Position numbers and translations under genes: made by a program. The notes under the pieces are model-generated. The model was not told where the DNA came from. It saw nothing but the letters and a program-made list of their open reading frames with translations, and ran no database searches. From NCBI GenBank assembly GCA_049512935.1, contig JBEKWR010000005.1, positions 1 to 64,000 on the forward strand: 64,000 bases of DNA, in the 5' to 3' direction. Of the stretch, positions 18,268 through 28,056 are shown piece by piece. This stretch comes from Candidatus Bathyarchaeia archaeon (GTDB taxonomy: Archaea > Thermoproteota > Bathyarchaeia > Bathyarchaeales > Bathycorpusculaceae). Within the stretch, counting starts at the first letter, position 1; each line of letters starts with the position of its first letter.

Positions 18268-19818
18268 TTGTGGATGGAGTTAACGGTTGAACTCTTACCT
18301 ATATTTACGGGCGGAAGCAGAATCGCCATCCTCAGCGAAGAAGCCGCCAGCTCGTTGGGCGTGCACAGTTCCGACAGGATACGGATAAAATACGGCAACC
18401 AGGAAATGATTGCCATCGCGAACATCGCGGAGTTTTTTTCCAAAAGACGCATCGGGCTTTACGAGGAAACCGCCAAGGCGCTCGGCGTGAAGGAGGCGGA
18501 AACCGTTTCGGTGCATTTGGCTCCCCTTCCTGAATCGCTGTTCAACGTGAGAGCGAAGCTGCATGGGGAACGGCTACGCGAGAAAGACATCGTGACCATC
18601 GTAAAAGACGTGGTTGAGAGGCATTTGAGCTCGGCTGAAATTTCGGCTTTCTTAACCGCCCTGAGCATTTACGGCTTAAGCGCAAGCGAAAACGAGGCGT
18701 TGTCGAGGGCTATGGTCTCGACGGGAAAAACGATTAGCCTCGGCGAAGGACCCATCCTTGACAAGCACAGCGTCGGCGGGATACCTGGCGACAAAACGTC
18801 CATGTTGGTTGTGCCCATCGTTGCCGCTGCTGGGTACACGATTCCTAAGACTTCTTCGCGGGCAATCACTTCTCCCGCTGGAACCGCAGATAGGGTGGAA
18901 ACCCTGTGCCCCGTGAACCTCAGCATAGAAGAGATAAAGGCGGTGGTGGCGAAGACAGGCGGCTGCCTGGTTTGGGGAGGCGCCTTAGAGCTTGCGCCAG
19001 CCGACGACCTATTCATCCAAGTTGAATACCCCTTGGGGATTGACCCGATGCTGCTGCCTTCGATTCTCAGCAAGAAAAAAGCCATGGGCGCCACGCACGT
19101 TGCAATTGACATCCCGACAGGTATGGGAGCGAAAATTAAGAGTCGAACCGAAGCGTATACTTTGGCATCGGATTTCGTGGATTTAGGGAAACGTTTAGGC
19201 TTAAACATTCAATGCGCCCTAACTTTCGGTGACCAGCCGCTTGGCTGCGGCATTGGACCAGCACTCGAAGCCAGAGAAGCAGTAGCGACTCTTCTAGGCG
19301 GCGGACCACCCGACCTGCGCGACAAAGCCGTGAGCCTTGCAGGAATGCTTTTTGAGATGGTGGGAGCAGAGAACGGACGAGCCAAAGCTGAAGACATGAT
19401 TGACTCTGGCAAAGCAGCGGCGAAGATGCGGGAAATCATCGCGGCGCAGGGCGGAAACCCCAAGGTTCAACCCGACGACATACCCGTGGGTCCCGAATAT
19501 GCCGAGGTGAAATCTGACCGCTCGGGAAAAGTCATTTGGCTCAGCACCGACAACATCGTGCGAATCGCAAGAGAAGCAGGCGCCCCCAAAGAGAAGGGTG
19601 CAGGCATGATTCTACACGCGAAGCTCGGCGAAACCGTTCATAAGGACAGCGTGCTCTTCGAAGTCTACGCTGAGAAAAGCAGCAAATTGACGTCGGCGCT
19701 GGAGCTTGCCAAGCAACTGCCGCCTGTCCTGTTAACGAACAAACCAGCGGAAAAGATGATTCTGGACCAAGTGCCTGAGAAACTCGCACACGAAAAAACA
19801 TTCAGCTTAGACCGATAA
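18268..19818 (+). CDS. deoA: AMP phosphorylase (archaeal thymidine-phosphorylase family)
   Basis: DKHSVGGIPGDKT, KTSSRAITSPAGTAD, SILSKK and GIGPALEA motifs; N-terminal extension typical of AMP phosphorylases; ATG 18274 is the likely start. Confidence 0.92.
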   Translation: MWMELTVELLPIFTGGSRIAILSEEAASSLGVHSSDRIRIKYGNQEMIAIANIAEFFSKRRIGLYEETAKALGVKEAETVSVHLAPLPESLFNVRAKLHGERLREKDIVTIVKDVVERHLSSAEISAFLTALSIYGLSASENEALSRAMVSTGKTISLGEGPILDKHSVGGIPGDKTSMLVVPIVAAAGYTIPKTSSRAITSPAGTADRVETLCPVNLSIEEIKAVVAKTGGCLVWGGALELAPADDLFIQVEYPLGIDPMLLPSILSKKKAMGATHVAIDIPTGMGAKIKSRTEAYTLASDFVDLGKRLGLNIQCALTFGDQPLGCGIGPALEAREAVATLLGGGPPDLRDKAVSLAGMLFEMVGAENGRAKAEDMIDSGKAAAKMREIIAAQGGNPKVQPDDIPVGPEYAEVKSDRSGKVIWLSTDNIVRIAREAGAPKEKGAGMILHAKLGETVHKDSVLFEVYAEKSSKLTSALELAKQLPPVLLTNKPAEKMILDQVPEKLAHEKTFSLDR

Positions 19819-20016
19819 ACAAAAGCGCCGCCAAAAAAGGGGCAATGAAGCGTTTTCAGCCCTCAATCTTTCAGGTTGAACCAAGCGCAATATAGTTTAT
19901 ATGGGGAACTGTTAAGTACGTTTTACCACTTAACATACGTTAATTTTAATAAAGGGATGTTGCAACTATCCTTAAAAGCACGTAGAAGAGCAGAAAAAAA
20001 GGGGTCTTTCTAGGAT

Positions 20017-20709
20017 TTGACGAAGCGACAAGCAGTTTGGGTGTGGACCAAAAAAGTATTCAGTCTAACACTAATTCTAAACGCATTGATAACAATAACT
20101 ACGCTTGCAGGAATCCTCTACGGCGTCTTCTTTCAGTGGTGGAAACCTTGGTATCCAGAGTTAATCAGCGGCAACCTCTTTATCGTTGTAGCCATAGCTG
20201 CAATCATCAACATTTTCCCAAGCGCAAGCATCGGGCGAGCCTTGCACACGGGGCGATTTTTATTCCATCATTATGTCTACGGTTTTTTTGTCCTATTTTC
20301 ATCAGCCATCTACGTCGTGGCATTCACATCGGTTTCGTTAGTCATGCTTTTTCTGGTGAACTCTTCAAGCGTTGCGGTTAACGCAGGACGACTTTTCCTC
20401 TTGACAGGCTTAACCCTGGTCTTAGATGACCTCCCAGATGTTTCAAAGAGAGTTGAATTCTCCCTAAACAAGATAAAATCAGCGGTCTGCCGAATACGAA
20501 GGGTCTTCCATTATCTGCAGTTAGCGACGGGGGTCGTCACATTCTACATTTCAGTCGCTATCGCCGTCTTCGAAGTTTACCATCCATCCACAAACATTGA
20601 AAACTACCTTACCATGACCACCCTGATGATAACCAGCTTGACATCGTTTGCCTGCGTGAAGCGGAAATCGTGGCTTAAGATTACGCCGCCAAACGGCAGC
20701 GCTCATTAG
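20017..20709 (+). CDS. integral membrane hypothetical protein
   Basis: About six TM helices; LHTGRFLFHHYVYG and LDDLPD segments. Confidence 0.7.
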   Translation: MTKRQAVWVWTKKVFSLTLILNALITITTLAGILYGVFFQWWKPWYPELISGNLFIVVAIAAIINIFPSASIGRALHTGRFLFHHYVYGFFVLFSSAIYVVAFTSVSLVMLFLVNSSSVAVNAGRLFLLTGLTLVLDDLPDVSKRVEFSLNKIKSAVCRIRRVFHYLQLATGVVTFYISVAIAVFEVYHPSTNIENYLTMTTLMITSLTSFACVKRKSWLKITPPNGSAH

Positions 20710-21416
20710 TCTTTGTGTTTTAGGATTTCTTTAGCTACCTCTTCTAGCTGCTGCTGGGTGTAGCCGTCTTGGCTTTGTTGCGTTGTTATGTAGTTGGGCA
20801 GTTGGGAAAGTTTAAGGATTGGGACGGTGGGGTTGGATAGGTGAAGCGTGGCATGGTTGTTTGTGAAGACCAGTATGCCTTCAACCCAGATCCTTGGCAA
20901 CTTGGGCGAGGAGTCTATGATTCTCTTTATTTTCGCTGCGTTACGCTTAACCTGCAGGCTTGGGCTGCCCTTGAACCCGCGTTTACCTGCCCTTTGCCAC
21001 TCGTCGCCGTGGCAAGTTACGTCGCCGCTCCAGTTCTTGGTTTCCAAAACGAAGACGCCGCTTGGACCCAGAACGACGTGGTCGATGTCTCCGCCGCCGT
21101 CACGCAGGTACAAGCCGTTCAGCAGGGTGTAATCATCGCTTAGCCTGCTGCTTAACAGCTTAGTAACTTGTTTCTCGCCGACCCAGCCGCCATTGTAAAC
21201 TCTGTACTTGCGAAGGTAATAGAAAAAAGCGCCAAGCGGCACCAAAGAAACCAGCAGCAAGGCAGCCTCAAAAACGTTCAGCCGCAACGTCAAAAGTGCA
21301 TAAGAAGCTACGGCGAAAAGGATCAGGCAAACCAAGGCTAGGCATAGAACTGCTTTTGCCAGGTTTTTTCTAACCTGATTCTTCAGGTAGCTGCCTGACC
21401 CCTTCATCTTCCTCAT
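20706..21416 (-). CDS. membrane-anchored NERD (nuclease-related domain) protein
   Basis: Two N-terminal TM helices, G..GE, GDIDHVVLGPSGVFVLETKNWSG and SP..Q motifs. Confidence 0.88.
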   Translation of the reverse strand: MRKMKGSGSYLKNQVRKNLAKAVLCLALVCLILFAVASYALLTLRLNVFEAALLLVSLVPLGAFFYYLRKYRVYNGGWVGEKQVTKLLSSRLSDDYTLLNGLYLRDGGGDIDHVVLGPSGVFVLETKNWSGDVTCHGDEWQRAGKRGFKGSPSLQVKRNAAKIKRIIDSSPKLPRIWVEGILVFTNNHATLHLSNPTVPILKLSQLPNYITTQQSQDGYTQQQLEEVAKEILKHKD

Positions 21417-21565
21417 GGATTAATCGCTCATGACCTTTTCGTCTTGAGGCTATATTACCTTAATGCATTTGACACGTGATACTTCAGGGAAGACAAAGCG
21501 GCGTATCACATCGTTTGAACACAATTAGGCAATCTTTATTATCGCTCACGCTGAATGAAGCAAGC

Positions 21566-22774
21566 ATGACTGCTGAAAAAAGAGAAACTGCCCATGGAAG
21601 GTTTTTTCTTCCCGCTTTAGGGTTGGCAGTTTTTTCTGTGTGGCTTGTTACAGTCACTTTTGAACTTTTGCTGATTGACATTGCAAACACGTTTCATGTT
21701 CAAGTGGGAACGGCAGGTTTCGTGGCTGCGGTAGGTTCCATCTCGGGTATAGCCGCTGGGCTGCTATTATCCGTCATAAGCGTACGCTTTAACCACAAAC
21801 TGCTCTTGATGGTCGGATTGGCGTGCACCAGCGTGGCGGCGGTAGGCTTCTTTTTTGCCCCAACGTTTGATTTGCTGTTAATCCCGAACATTGCGGTGGG
21901 AGCCGGAATAGCGATGGCTACTGCCATGGCTTACTCCTTAATCGGCGAATTTTACCCGCTTGAAAAAAGAGGCAGAGCAATCGGCTGGATAGTTGCAGCC
22001 TCCGCGTTGACGTACATCATCGGAACGCCCATAATCGGGCTGATTGCCAGCGTCAGCAATTGGAGGGCAACGATGATTTGGTTTTCGTTGCCAGTCGCTT
22101 TGGCAAGTTTAGTTTTGGTTTTCATCGCGGTTCCCAAAAAATCAAATGAAAACTTCGCCGCTGTGAAGGAGCCCTTTTTTGAGGGGTGCAAACAAGCGAT
22201 CTTGAACAGGTCAGCGGTCGCAGCTTTGTTCGTTACGATGTTCATCATGGCGGAGGGATCAATCAGCTTTTACGCTGTTTCCTTCTTCAGGTCTCAATTT
22301 GCCATTACGATAGCGCTGGGTTCCATTGTCATTTTAGTCGGAAACGTTCTTTCGGCTGCAGGCGGCGTCGTTGCAGGATTCTTCGTGAATCGGATAGGTC
22401 GAAAACCTTTAGGAACCTTCACCTGTTTGGTGGCGGCTTTTCTCACGTTGTCTTTCACGTTTATGCCTTCGTTCGGGTTGTCTTGGGGGTTGAGCGCTCT
22501 TCGATTCTGGTTTGCTGGGATGTCATTCACTGCAAGCGGCAGCTTAATTATTGAGCAACTGCCTAGATTTCGCGGTCCCATGATGTCGCTTAACGCGGTT
22601 TTCATGAACCTGGGAATGCTTTTGGCATCCGTCGCAGGGGGAATAGCCCTCGACCTCTACGGTTACCAAACATTAGCGTTGATACTGGGAGGTTTGGGCG
22701 TGCTTGGCGCAGTAGTTTGGGTGACTCTGGTCAGGGACCCATGCAAAAAACAAGAAACAAAATTCCCATCATAA
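21566..22774 (+). CDS. MFS transporter
   Basis: About twelve TM helices, YPLEKRGRAIG and VNRIGRK loop motifs; ATG 21566 preferred over GTG 21476. Confidence 0.88.
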   Translation: MTAEKRETAHGRFFLPALGLAVFSVWLVTVTFELLLIDIANTFHVQVGTAGFVAAVGSISGIAAGLLLSVISVRFNHKLLLMVGLACTSVAAVGFFFAPTFDLLLIPNIAVGAGIAMATAMAYSLIGEFYPLEKRGRAIGWIVAASALTYIIGTPIIGLIASVSNWRATMIWFSLPVALASLVLVFIAVPKKSNENFAAVKEPFFEGCKQAILNRSAVAALFVTMFIMAEGSISFYAVSFFRSQFAITIALGSIVILVGNVLSAAGGVVAGFFVNRIGRKPLGTFTCLVAAFLTLSFTFMPSFGLSWGLSALRFWFAGMSFTASGSLIIEQLPRFRGPMMSLNAVFMNLGMLLASVAGGIALDLYGYQTLALILGGLGVLGAVVWVTLVRDPCKKQETKFPS

Positions 22775-22831
22775 AACAAAAGAAACAAAAGTGAAAAAAT
22801 GGCTGCCTTCAAAAAGGCAAGGGTGCTTGAT

Positions 22832-24268
22832 TTATTTCTTGTTCATCAAGTATTCGTGCATTGCTTTTGCCGCGCGTTTGCCTGCGCCCATTGCGCTGAT
22901 GACTGTTGCTGCTCCTGTGGCGACGTCTCCGCCTGCGTAGACTCCGTCTAGGCTGGTTTTGCCTACGTCGTTGACGCATATGGTTCCGTGTCTGGAGTCG
23001 CTTTGCAAGCCTTCAGTTGTGCGCTGTATGATGGGGTTGGGTGTTTGTCCGATGGCAACGATGACTGTGTCGACGTCCATGGTGAATTCTGAGCCTGGAA
23101 CCTCTTTCACTCCCCGCCTGCCTTTCGCGTCGGGTTCGGTGAGCTCCATTGCGATGACCTTCATGGCTTTAACCCAGCCTTTCTCGTCGCCGTAGAACTC
23201 GACTGGTGCAGCGAGGAACTTGCAGACTAAGCCTTCTTCTTCAGCGTTTTCGATTTCCTCGTGTCTTGCGGGTAATTCGTTGCGTGAACGTCTGTACACC
23301 AAGCAAACTTCGGAGCCTAAACGCATACTGCATCTTGCGCAGTCCATAGCCACGTTTCCGCCGCCGATAACGACGACTTTTTTGCCGAGGCGTATAGGCG
23401 TGTCGTAATCTGGGAACTGAAATGCTTTCATGAGGTTGACGCGTATCAGGAACTCGTTGGCTGAGTAGATTCCGCCGAGGTTTTCTCCTGGGCAGCCCGT
23501 GAACTGTGGCAATCCTGCGCCGCTGCCGATAAAGACCGCGTCGTAACCGCCTTCCTTCATGAGTTCTGGGATGGTGTGGATTCTTCCAACCAAGTTACCG
23601 AGACGCAAATCAACGCCGAGCTTCTGGATGTAGGAGACCTCGTTCTGCACGATTGCCTTGGGCAAACGGAACTCGGGGATACCGTAGGATAACACTCCGC
23701 CGCCGACGTGCAATGCTTCAAACATTGTAACTTTGTGACCGAGCTTTATCAAATCAGCCGCAGCCGTTAAACCTGCAGGACCAGCGCCGACGATGGCGAC
23801 TTTCTTGCCTGTTGGCGCGGCTTTCGGTGGAAGCGCGGAGCCGTTGTCGCGTTCCCAGTCTGCGAGGAATCGTTCAAGCCGTCCGATGCTGAGGGGTTCG
23901 CCGATTTTTCCAACGATACATTTGGCTTGGCATTGCACTTCTTGGGGGCAAACTCTTCCGCAGACGGCTGGCAACGCATTCTTCGACTTGATCAGGGCGA
24001 TGGCTTCACCGTGCTTCTTTTCTTTAAGCAGTTTGATGAATGCTGGAATTGGAACTTCCACTGGGCAGCCTGTCATGCATTGAGGTTTGACGCACTGCAG
24101 ACATCGGCTTGCTTCTTCAAGCGCCTGCTCTTCAGTGTAGCCTAAAGCCACTTCGTTAAAGTTTTTAGCCCTAATCTTAGGTTCTTGTTTTGCCATTTCA
24201 ACTGCTTTCTTTTTTATCTGGGGTCTCGGTTTAGCTTCTGGTTTTGCTTCAGGTTTAGTTTCTGCCAC
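22832..24268 (-). CDS. nfnB: NfnB/SudA (GltD-like) large subunit of electron-bifurcating transhydrogenase
   Basis: EASRCLQC..P.C..GCP, CGRVCPQE.QC...C, GAGPAG, GGGNVAMD and AGGD motifs; adjacent to nfnA. Confidence 0.88.
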   Translation of the reverse strand: MAETKPEAKPEAKPRPQIKKKAVEMAKQEPKIRAKNFNEVALGYTEEQALEEASRCLQCVKPQCMTGCPVEVPIPAFIKLLKEKKHGEAIALIKSKNALPAVCGRVCPQEVQCQAKCIVGKIGEPLSIGRLERFLADWERDNGSALPPKAAPTGKKVAIVGAGPAGLTAAADLIKLGHKVTMFEALHVGGGVLSYGIPEFRLPKAIVQNEVSYIQKLGVDLRLGNLVGRIHTIPELMKEGGYDAVFIGSGAGLPQFTGCPGENLGGIYSANEFLIRVNLMKAFQFPDYDTPIRLGKKVVVIGGGNVAMDCARCSMRLGSEVCLVYRRSRNELPARHEEIENAEEEGLVCKFLAAPVEFYGDEKGWVKAMKVIAMELTEPDAKGRRGVKEVPGSEFTMDVDTVIVAIGQTPNPIIQRTTEGLQSDSRHGTICVNDVGKTSLDGVYAGGDVATGAATVISAMGAGKRAAKAMHEYLMNKK

Positions 24269-25115
24269 ACTTGCAGCCTCCTCTCATTTCCCACAGTACC
24301 GAGCTTAACCTTTCTTCAGGCAACATCGTGCGTTGCCGAAGGATCAGCCCGTCAAAATCTACTTTGTGACCGTCAAATTCTGGTCCGTCAACGCAGCCGA
24401 ACTGCATTTTGCCGTCAACCATGACTCGGCACACTCCGCACATGCCCATGCCGTCAATCATTATCGGCGTGGTCGTCACAATCGTTGGGATGCAGTAGGG
24501 CTTGGTGATTTCGCTGACGTCTTTCATCAGGATGACTGGGCCCATGACGATGCAGCGGTCGAATTTTTCCTTCTTCAACAAGTCTTTGAGGAAATCTAAG
24601 CCTTGGTAGCCCATTGTGCCGTCGTCAGTTGCGATGTAGACCTTGTCGCTGTAGCGTTTAGCTTCGTCCTCCATCATTATGAACTCTTTTGTACGGGCTC
24701 CGAGAATCGTGGTCACATTGTTGCCTGCTTCCTTCATGGCTTTAGCCTGCAGGAGCAATGGGGCAATCATCACGCTTCCGCCGACGCAGAGGACCTTGCC
24801 ATATACTTCTGGAACAGCGCTGAAGTTTTTGACTTCAGATGGGTTCCCAAGCGGGCCAGTAACGTTGTCGATGCAGTCTCCTTCGTTAAGCAAGCCAAGG
24901 GCTTTTGTGGTTTTGCCAACTTCATGGAAAGCAAACGAGACCGTGCCCTTCGCCGCGTCGTACGCGCAGATCGTCAGGGGTATTCTTTCGCCTTCTTTGC
25001 CGTTTATGACTATGACGAATTGTCCAGCATGCGATTTAGCGGCTATGTCTGGGGCTTCAACCTCGAACAGCTTGATCTTCGGAACCAGTTCTTTTTTAGT
25101 TACTATTTTGTACGT
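24255..25115 (-). CDS. nfnA: NfnA/SudB small subunit (FAD, 2Fe-2S); no canonical start codon
   Basis: Frame extends upstream of the tracked TTG 24893 through YKIVTKKELVP...AGQFVIV...GERIPLTI; GPLGNP, TDDG and DGMGMCGVCR...CVDGPEF motifs; ACG at 25113-25115 occupies the expected Met position. Confidence 0.85.
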   Translation of the reverse strand, partial: TYKIVTKKELVPKIKLFEVEAPDIAAKSHAGQFVIVINGKEGERIPLTICAYDAAKGTVSFAFHEVGKTTKALGLLNEGDCIDNVTGPLGNPSEVKNFSAVPEVYGKVLCVGGSVMIAPLLLQAKAMKEAGNNVTTILGARTKEFIMMEDEAKRYSDKVYIATDDGTMGYQGLDFLKDLLKKEKFDRCIVMGPVILMKDVSEITKPYCIPTIVTTTPIMIDGMGMCGVCRVMVDGKMQFGCVDGPEFDGHKVDFDGLILRQRTMLPEERLSSVLWEMRGGCKCGRN

Positions 25116-26329
25116 TTTGCAGTCGCCTCCACAACCACCATTTCACGTTTAGGTAATGCTGAAATCTTTTTGCAGAAAGCATCCAGTTTCGCGTCGAATT
25201 CGCCCTCGCATCTGGGTGACTCCTCATAAAGCTCGAACCTGTCAAGCAGACCATTCTTTTTGAGCACGTTCAGTATCACGCCCAAGTTGCGTTCTGCAGT
25301 GTCTCTGCCTTCTTGAAGCTTGCAGTCCTTAGACGGGCAAACCACAGCCATGACGCCGTCGAAACCGCATCTTAATGCGTTGACGACGTGAACTGGGTCT
25401 AAGGATTTGAAGCAAGGAACTTCGAGAGCTAAGACGTTTTTGCCTTCGAACGTCTTGTTCGGGTTGTCTAGGTCCGAGAACTCTGACCACTGGCAGACAA
25501 AAGCCAAGATTACTGGAGCCGGGTTTTTGGCTTTCAGCTTTTCTGCCGAGGTGCCGTAGCGTTTGAGGACGTTTTCGAATTCGAAGCCTTTAACTTGGAT
25601 TGCGTGATGTGGACAAACCAGTTGGCATGCGCCGCAGCCCACGCATTTCTCAACGATCACCTTCGGAGTGGCGAAGGATTCGAACTCCAATGCCTTGTAT
25701 GGGCAGATGAAGATGCATTTGTCGCAGCCGACGCATTCCTGCACGTCGTAGATTGCTTTGCGGGAGAACTTTACGATCTTAACTGCGTTCTCGTCAAAGC
25801 CTAGCTGTTTTAGAACGCCTCTGGCTAAAACAAGCCTGCGAGTGTTGATTTTTGCGCCTTCTTTATTTCGACAGAACGGGTCTTCACATTGCACCGAAAC
25901 AATATTTTTTACGCCTAAATCTAGTGCTTCAAAAACAAAATCAGTCGGAACTCTGCCTGCACAAGGCAAACGCAGGGCAATGTAATCGCCGACTTTCAAT
26001 CCTTGTTCTTTAAGGAGGTCATGGACTTCGCCTGTTGACGGCGAGTTTCCGCGGCACATCAGAACAAGGGTGTCAACTTTTTTGGTTTTTTGAATTGCCT
26101 GTTTTACGTAGTTTGACAGGTTATCGTAAGTGTAATATTGTGATTTTATGGCTGAACTTGGGCAAGCGCTGTAGCATATACCGCAAACTTCGCAGTCTTG
26201 GCTGCTGACTTCCACTTTCCCTGCTGAGTCGCGTTTTATTGCATCATAGGGGCAAATTGATTGGCAAACGTAACATTTGCAGCATAAGTCCTGGTCGATT
26301 TCTACCACAGCGAGACATTTTTCACTCAT
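25103..26329 (-). CDS. tandem [2x4Fe-4S ferredoxin + MvhD/FlpD-like] x2 iron-sulfur protein
   Basis: Four CxxCxxCxxxCP motifs; two MvhD-like units (LMC...RLPCAGRV...C....C..KEG and FVCQW...EVPC...C....C..QEG). Confidence 0.82.
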   Translation of the reverse strand: MSEKCLAVVEIDQDLCCKCYVCQSICPYDAIKRDSAGKVEVSSQDCEVCGICYSACPSSAIKSQYYTYDNLSNYVKQAIQKTKKVDTLVLMCRGNSPSTGEVHDLLKEQGLKVGDYIALRLPCAGRVPTDFVFEALDLGVKNIVSVQCEDPFCRNKEGAKINTRRLVLARGVLKQLGFDENAVKIVKFSRKAIYDVQECVGCDKCIFICPYKALEFESFATPKVIVEKCVGCGACQLVCPHHAIQVKGFEFENVLKRYGTSAEKLKAKNPAPVILAFVCQWSEFSDLDNPNKTFEGKNVLALEVPCFKSLDPVHVVNALRCGFDGVMAVVCPSKDCKLQEGRDTAERNLGVILNVLKKNGLLDRFELYEESPRCEGEFDAKLDAFCKKISALPKREMVVVEATAKRTK

Positions 26330-26527
26330 TCTGAAACCTCTTTCATACACCGCTGCTACTTTAAACCGCAATCGTTGGGCTTGCTGGCTTAAAGCCTATT
26401 GAAAGCATGGAAAGGGCTTTAGAATCATATAATCCTTTCCCTAGAGTTTCGGCGATATCTATATAATTTTGTCGGCGACACTTCTGCATCTAAGAATCAG
26501 GAGCCAATCGAAACCCGATAAGCGGCA

Positions 26528-27973
26528 CTAGAAGCTGCTTAAGAAGCCTCGTGTTACTTCTCTGGCTGATTGGCGAAGGGGATGCTTAATCGTTGAAGGG
26601 TCAGTTAGGTTTCGCAGTCTTGCCACTCGGAAGTAGATAGGCGGGTGGGGATCCCAGTTTAGCCATTCTTGAAAACGGAAAGATGGGTTGCGTTCATAGA
26701 ATAGCCTTTGGAACCCTATTTTCTCCAGCGAATCAGCTAAAACCTGCGGTTTACCTATGATTATGGCGGAGAGTAAGTCGGCTCTGGCTTCAAAAAACTT
26801 TGAAACGAAATAGGTCAACGTCAACAGTACCCATAGATAGAGGATTAGCACAAACACTGAGCCATTTCGCAGCAGCTCGAAAATCAGGAAGAACCAGAAA
26901 AGATATTGAATTCCGGATATGGCGTACAACCACAGTGGGTCACGTCCCTTCAAGTGACCGAACTCATGCCCCAAGACAGATTCGATTTCCTCATCGTTAA
27001 GCTGCAGGAACGTTCCCGTCGTTATCAAAACTATGCCTCGGCTGGGACTCGGCCCCGAAGCCGCCGCGTTGGGAAGCAGCGTGTTGGATACGATGGTTTC
27101 AGGGACTTTATAGCCGAATTTGTCGGCAGTCCTTTTCACAATGCCGTAGACGTCTACTTTCTTGGCGATCAGGTCTTCCGATTTGCAGTCAATTCCAAAC
27201 TCGGCGAAGATCGAATGTGCCTTTTGACAGTCAAGTTCGCCGTTCTCAGCTATGGTAGCCTTGTAAACTTCCTGTTTAAGCCGCGCCAAATCTTTTTTCG
27301 GCAGCATCTTGTTGTCCTTGTCTTTATCCATTCCAGCGGACAGGGGATACTGCAGGATGTGAATGTAGGGGTCTTTCTCGGTGATATGCCAATCCGCCGA
27401 CCTGGCAATTATCTTGTTCGAGTAGAAAACGAAGATGAACTGTACTGCAAGCAGCACAATCACAACCAAAGGTCCGATGATGAAAAACAGCAAAACTCCG
27501 ACGGTCATGAAGACAGCTATGAGCAGAATCTGCGTTTCCAAAAAAATACGGCGCAGAGATTTGTTTTCTTTACCTGAAACCGCTTCAGGCACCACTGATT
27601 CCCCTTCTCTCCAAGCGAAGAACAAACTGTTCTTTCTAATCTGTTCTTCAAATGCGTCGACGGCTATTTTGATGTCCTCTTTGGATTTTAAGAAGGCGTC
27701 TTCCGTAACCGCCTGAGTAAGAGGCGCAATGACCGCGTTGATTGATTCTTGACCTGAAGCCTGAACGCTGAGGATTTTTTTTCCATAGGAATCCAAAACA
27801 GAGTAGCTGACGGAAAAGTTGCCGTTGGAGATGTCGGCGAACCTGTTCTTTTGAGAGGGAAGAAAAAACCGGTACATGTACTCATAAAATTTGCCAATGT
27901 AATCTGCTGGAATTTCAGGAGTGATAGTGAATGAGAGTTGGTTTTCAGGCAAGTTCTTCACCGCAAAGCTCAA
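26528..27973 (-). CDS. M48 (HtpX-like) membrane zinc metalloprotease with long N-terminal extension
   Basis: PNAAASG, VLGHEFGH, FEARAD and HPP...R motifs. Confidence 0.88.
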   Translation of the reverse strand: MSFAVKNLPENQLSFTITPEIPADYIGKFYEYMYRFFLPSQKNRFADISNGNFSVSYSVLDSYGKKILSVQASGQESINAVIAPLTQAVTEDAFLKSKEDIKIAVDAFEEQIRKNSLFFAWREGESVVPEAVSGKENKSLRRIFLETQILLIAVFMTVGVLLFFIIGPLVVIVLLAVQFIFVFYSNKIIARSADWHITEKDPYIHILQYPLSAGMDKDKDNKMLPKKDLARLKQEVYKATIAENGELDCQKAHSIFAEFGIDCKSEDLIAKKVDVYGIVKRTADKFGYKVPETIVSNTLLPNAAASGPSPSRGIVLITTGTFLQLNDEEIESVLGHEFGHLKGRDPLWLYAISGIQYLFWFFLIFELLRNGSVFVLILYLWVLLTLTYFVSKFFEARADLLSAIIIGKPQVLADSLEKIGFQRLFYERNPSFRFQEWLNWDPHPPIYFRVARLRNLTDPSTIKHPLRQSAREVTRGFLSSF

Positions 27974-28056
27974 AACGGCAAGTCATTTGGCTTCTGTTAC
28001 AACTACGTAACTTGACATTATTATCTTTTCGTACAAACAAAAAAGGTTCCAATTCG

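Noticed and set aside
22832-24268. Call as a true glutamate synthase beta subunit
   Set aside because: No GltB domains adjacent; the partner gene is NfnA/SudB-type
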